Shown here in pieces: positions 59,867 to 64,000 of a stretch of DNA of 64,000 nucleotides (position 1 is the stretch's first letter; every line of letters starts with the position of its first letter). The notes beneath the pieces are model-generated. The model did not search any database. It was not told the DNA's origin and saw only the letters and a program-made list of their open reading frames with translations. A program made the position numbers and the translations under genes. Source of the stretch: Bacillales bacterium UBA1744 (lineage in GTDB: Bacteria > Bacillota_I > Bacilli_A > RFN20 > CAG-826); the NCBI GenBank assembly GCA_002314915.1, contig DCHU01000026.1, positions 6,101-70,100 on the forward strand, read 5' to 3'.

Positions 59867-62062
59867 TTATTTGTATTCGCGAGGTGACCAGTTGGTTACT
59901 GTTTTGATGTCTTTCTCAACGCCTGCGACAAATGCGCTTGGATCGACGACTCCGACACGAGGCAATCTCTCGACTTTGAACCTAGCTAGGAACGAGTCGG
60001 AATATTTCTTCCACTTCTCAAGTGCGTCTTGCTGATTCTTGATTGCGGTGTTCTTGTAATTATCGTCAAGGGTGTCGTTGAATAAGCGTAAGTTCATGCC
60101 GCCATCGAATTTTGAAGCGTAATAATCTGCTAAATACGCGACTGTTTCCTGATCGGCGACGATGTTGTCTAACTCAACGTTTCCACTGTTAGAGGACTTA
60201 TACTCTTTCACCTCATCCAATGTCTCTTTTGCAATTGTTCTTAGCTTGTTTGCGGTGTCGAATGGCGTATCAAGCTTTGAATCAACGCTGTTTGCGGCAA
60301 ATGCTTTGGCATATGATGCAAAAGAGTATTTGTCGGTGACTCCTGGGAAGAGGTTATCTGAGTTGATCAACCTCTTGACGTCGATGTAGCCAAACATCGT
60401 TGGGTGTGACTGGCAGTTGCCTGGATACCAAGCAGCGTCTGTTCCACCTAATGTGAACTGCTTCTGAACCTCGATTAACATGCCTGAAGCCTTCTTCATA
60501 GCGTTCCATGCTGCAGTGATAGAGTCTTTCTTGACGCCTTCGAAATGATCGTAGATGAGGTCATCGATCTTCTCTAGGCTGATTGTTGGGTCGTAGGCGA
60601 ATCTGCCCATCATCATGTAGTTGATCCAATGTCTTGCGTAATAATACTGGCCGTTGAGCGATTCATCTTTGAATGAGTACTCTTTGCCCATGTAATAGCC
60701 ATCGCTTCCGAAGAAGAATCCTCTTGTTCTCTCTTTCTTGAGGTTCTTCATGAACTCTTTGCAGAAAGATGGATTGCCATATGTGAAGTGATAAGCATCT
60801 TCGTTTCTCGTATTGAAGAGGTATTTGTAGGAAGATGGCATATTGAGGGCTTCTAGCTTCTCGAAATTCGCCTCGTTGTTGATAGGGTTATCCAAGGCGT
60901 ACATATGGGTATCTGAATATCTAGGTGATGCGCCACGGGTGATTGGATAATCTTTCCAAAGAGCCTCCGTTGCCTCGTCGAGCGTCGACTGGTAATTGAA
61001 GATGAATCTGTCTTTTCGTGGATCGTTTTCCATAGCGTTCTTAACAGCTTCGCCATAGACATCTCTAATCCACTGCTCGGTCTCTAAATATGTATCGGCT
61101 GGGTAGTCCATATTTTCGCTAGCACCGGTGCCAAACATGTCGATATCGAATGTTTTTATGAGGGTTTCGTAGCCTTTTCTGAAATATTCCTTGGTGATTT
61201 CGTTGTCTCTTCTATCGGTTATTCCATAATGGCCGTTCTCCGCGAATGTGTAGATGTTCATCGTGGACCACTGAACGTAAATGCCGTATGTATGGGCCAT
61301 GTCGATGACTTCTTTCCAGAACTTGGTCTTCTCGTCTATGGTCATTGTGTTCACGACACGGTAATTACCTTCGTTCATGTGATGTTCTTGATACATGTTC
61401 GTGCAGTTGCCGTAATATCCGTCATCGTATTCGCCGGTATAGGCGAGGACATTGTTTAGAGCGCAGTTTTCAAAACCAGGTACTTTGATAACCGATGCGA
61501 GGGAGTTGACGGTTGCGAAATTAACCAAGTTGTATCTTTGTCTAGCAAGGGTCTCGAAATAGCCTTTCCAATAATCCTTTGACCATGAGTTCTCGATGTT
61601 TGCCCATGCGTTTTCTGAATTGTTGATGTAGCAAGGTGTTCTGAGGTCTATTACGACGCGGCATCTCTGTCCTCTATATTTAAGATAAGGCGAACCTTCG
61701 CTGGATTTCACTCCGGAGATTCCGTTTAGGAGGTTGATGTCTTCTGCTAACTGCAAAGCGCCGTAGAGTGAACCTGCTGAGTCTCCGCCGTCGATCGAGA
61801 TTGTGTTGCCTTCCACATTTACTTGATAAGACTGTTCGCCAAGTTCAGGCTTCACTTCGTTGAGTTTGATCACATAATCGCCTTTGGATTCTACATACTT
61901 AAGATTATTTCTTTCCAAAGCCGCTTTGAGCTCAGCTATTGCGAACTCGCTTGTTTTGATGCTCGTGTCCGCTGAGATTGATACTGTTGTCGTTTTACCG
62001 CAAGCGACAATGGCACCGCTCAAAGCAAGGCACGATACGAATAATAGATTTCTGTTTTTCAT
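59867..62062 (-). CDS. Lipoprotein with glycoside-hydrolase-like architecture (paralogue C)
   Basis: It has a lipobox (IVACG), is 731 aa, and shares the IKVPGFENCALNNV and TMTIDEKTKFWKEVIDMAH blocks. Confidence 0.5.
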   Translation of the reverse strand: MKNRNLLFVSCLALSGAIVACGKTTTVSISADTSIKTSEFAIAELKAALERNNLKYVESKGDYVIKLNEVKPELGEQSYQVNVEGNTISIDGGDSAGSLYGALQLAEDINLLNGISGVKSSEGSPYLKYRGQRCRVVIDLRTPCYINNSENAWANIENSWSKDYWKGYFETLARQRYNLVNFATVNSLASVIKVPGFENCALNNVLAYTGEYDDGYYGNCTNMYQEHHMNEGNYRVVNTMTIDEKTKFWKEVIDMAHTYGIYVQWSTMNIYTFAENGHYGITDRRDNEITKEYFRKGYETLIKTFDIDMFGTGASENMDYPADTYLETEQWIRDVYGEAVKNAMENDPRKDRFIFNYQSTLDEATEALWKDYPITRGASPRYSDTHMYALDNPINNEANFEKLEALNMPSSYKYLFNTRNEDAYHFTYGNPSFCKEFMKNLKKERTRGFFFGSDGYYMGKEYSFKDESLNGQYYYARHWINYMMMGRFAYDPTISLEKIDDLIYDHFEGVKKDSITAAWNAMKKASGMLIEVQKQFTLGGTDAAWYPGNCQSHPTMFGYIDVKRLINSDNLFPGVTDKYSFASYAKAFAANSVDSKLDTPFDTANKLRTIAKETLDEVKEYKSSNSGNVELDNIVADQETVAYLADYYASKFDGGMNLRLFNDTLDDNYKNTAIKNQQDALEKWKKYSDSFLARFKVERLPRVGVVDPSAFVAGVEKDIKTVTNWSPREYK

Positions 62063-62354
62063 GATTCTTCTTCCTTTTTAAAAATTATGGAATCGAATTC
62101 AAAACAGCAAGAAAAGCATTTCATAAAACGTTGCTGATATCTCGCGAGAGGAACAATTTCAGATGATTTGAGCGTTTTTATCGCGGGAAATGATGGATTG
62201 GATAGAGAGGTGAACAGTGTCAAATCGTCTCAAAAGCACCATATTTTCCTTATTAATAAAAAAGCCACCGTTTCTGATGATCTATATCGAACAAAATAAA
62301 AAAGCGCATCACCCAAGGAGAAATGATACGCTTCTTGAAAGGTATTTAATTTGA

Positions 62355-63245
62355 TTAAGCAGCAAGCTGTTTCATTGACATGGTTGACTTTCTCTCACGA
62401 GCTTCCATGTTTGCAAACAACTTTGTCTTGCCATCGCGGTCTGTGTAGAAGAGGCCTTCCATTGTACCGTCAAGACGTGGTGTCTTGCCTGTGAAGATGC
62501 CTAATTTATTGACTGTGCCTTCGAATGCAGAGATACCTGTATCTTCGATAGCGCCTTTGACTGTGTATGTGCCATCACCGACTGCTGTAACTTCCATCGA
62601 ATCGACTGGGTTTGTTTCGCCTTCCTGGTTTGTGTATGTACCTGTGTACTCGCCTTCGAATGGGTTGTTTGTCCAGAGTTCGAGGTCATAGTGCTTAGGT
62701 TCTGACATACCTGTTGTCTGCTGATCGAATGAGTAAGTGACCTTGCCGTCTGCAGTTGATGTTAATTCGACTGCCTGGTTGGTTGCTGATCCGATTGTCG
62801 ATTCTGGGATTGAGATCTTGTATGTTCCGTCTGCGTTCTTTGACCATGTAGCGCCTTCGACTGAGAAAGCGTTTTTGCCAACGCACATGCCTGTGTAGTA
62901 CATTGTGTAACGGCCGATTTCGCAAGCGTTGCCTTCCTTTAAGAGGTTGATAGCGACCATGTAGTTAGGTCCGCCGTGCTTTGCTGTTGTGAATGCCTGT
63001 TCGACTAAGGTGTTTTCTGCACCTTCTGTATTTGTTTCTTTGTCATAGACTTTGCCTGGTGAGAGGAAGACGAACTGGTGCTCGTAGATTGAAGCAACAG
63101 GTGCTGGCGCTTCTGATGTCTTTGTCTCTGATGTTGTTGGAACTGATTCGACTGCTTGAGACTTCGACTCTTCTGGGGCCTTGCCACCGCAAGCGACTAA
63201 TCCAAACATAGCGACTGCTGATAAAAGGATAAGTGATTTCTTCAT
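62355..63245 (-). CDS. Lipoprotein of unknown function
   Basis: It has a lipobox (LVACGG). It is a 296-aa mature protein rich in Thr, Glu and Gly. Confidence 0.5.
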   Translation of the reverse strand: MKKSLILLSAVAMFGLVACGGKAPEESKSQAVESVPTTSETKTSEAPAPVASIYEHQFVFLSPGKVYDKETNTEGAENTLVEQAFTTAKHGGPNYMVAINLLKEGNACEIGRYTMYYTGMCVGKNAFSVEGATWSKNADGTYKISIPESTIGSATNQAVELTSTADGKVTYSFDQQTTGMSEPKHYDLELWTNNPFEGEYTGTYTNQEGETNPVDSMEVTAVGDGTYTVKGAIEDTGISAFEGTVNKLGIFTGKTPRLDGTMEGLFYTDRDGKTKLFANMEARERKSTMSMKQLAA

Positions 63246-63376
63246 TTTTTCTCCTACGCCCCGATAACGGTGCGCCTTTATATTTGTGACTTTATTAAGA
63301 GTTATAGCGGCTTTTAGGTGGATTATTTTCTCGTGAATAGCACTTTCGATTTCGTAAAATGCGAGTTTGCAAGAAA

Positions 63377-63404
63377 GAAAAACCGCCTGTTTGGGGCGGT
63401 TTTC
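63377..63404. terminator. Rho-independent terminator (AAAACCGCCCCAAACAGGCGGUUUUU)
   Basis: A perfect GC stem is flanked by A-runs and U-runs. It is downstream of the 63414..63968 gene and is potentially bidirectional. Confidence 0.6.
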
Positions 63405-63413
63405 AATGTTATC

Positions 63414-63968
63414 TTATTTAACTGCGGTGCCTGATTCTTCTCTTTCGTTGATCTCTTCGTTGACCATCTTCCAGGCTTTTTCCTTATCCATCTTGTGGTT
63501 TCCGGTTCCAAGCTTAGCCTCAAGTTCTTCTTTAAAGATCTTCTTGAATGATGCTGCGGTGACGAGTTTTGGTTCTTCTTTCTCAACCTCTTCAACCTCT
63601 GGCTCTGGCTCAGGATCAGAAACGATTTCCTGGACTTCCTGTTCCTTCTTAGGAGCCTTGAAGATGATGAACTTTCTTGTTAAGTAGTTGTAAATCATCG
63701 TGATGAGTGTCTTAACACAGAAGATTGCGGTGAAGCACCAGAATGCAAGACCTCCTGAATCGAATAAGTCGACCCATGAGATTGATGCGATATCGTAAGA
63801 GATATTGACTGACCAAACGGTGTTGACTAAGAATACTCCGCCTTCCTGGACACCGATACCGATGCATAATCCAAGGAATCCGAGTCCAACATAAGTCCAG
63901 AAAGACTTTGCTGACTTGGTGTTGATCTTCTTGTCGACATTCTGGAAAACCCAAACACGCGAAAGCAA
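63414..63968 (-). CDS. Membrane protein with an acidic C-terminal tail (may extend beyond the window)
   Basis: It has several TM helices. The C-terminus carries PEPEPEVEEVEKEEPK. The ORF start lies near the window edge. Confidence 0.4.
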   Translation of the reverse strand: MLSRVWVFQNVDKKINTKSAKSFWTYVGLGFLGLCIGIGVQEGGVFLVNTVWSVNISYDIASISWVDLFDSGGLAFWCFTAIFCVKTLITMIYNYLTRKFIIFKAPKKEQEVQEIVSDPEPEPEVEEVEKEEPKLVTAASFKKIFKEELEAKLGTGNHKMDKEKAWKMVNEEINEREESGTAVK

Positions 63969-64000
63969 GAAGTTAACGAGTGTGGAGATTGCGAATCCAA

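Overview
The window is a minus-strand-dominated stretch of a low-GC Gram-positive (Firmicutes-like) chromosome. Two normally separate core clusters are joined here. The S10-spc-alpha ribosomal superoperon (rpsJ through rplQ, 40.3 to 25.4 kb) is followed directly by the cysS-rlmB-sigH-rpmG-secE-nusG-rplKAJL-ybxB-rpoB-rpoC cluster (17.8 kb to position 1). Only a roughly 7.6 kb accessory island separates them. That island carries a streptopain-like (C10) secreted cysteine protease with a Cys-rich tail, several lipoproteins, and one lipoprotein gene broken by an in-frame stop. Its cassettes are delimited by a duplicated 46-nt terminator module. Other insertions into conserved junctions are a CzrA-like ArsR/SmtB repressor with a CadA/ZntA-type P1B ATPase between nusG and rplK, and an MgtC gene between rlmB and cysS. 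Past rpsJ lies a queuosine salvage cluster (queH-queA-tgt-queT) with a candidate preQ1-I riboswitch upstream of queT. Next come sdaA and two paralogous small P-loop kinases that bracket a membrane protein and an FAD oxidoreductase. The last part is a probable glycan-utilisation locus: three paralogous ~730-aa lipoproteins with glycoside-hydrolase-like architecture, a circularly permuted, membrane-anchored GH3, and an AgrC/LytS-type histidine kinase with a LytTR response regulator. No rRNA, tRNA or CRISPR arrays were seen. Several ribosomal proteins carry lineage-specific extensions: L22 has a ~100-aa Ala/Lys/Pro-rich N-terminal tail, S5 has an N-terminal extension, and L30 is absent.
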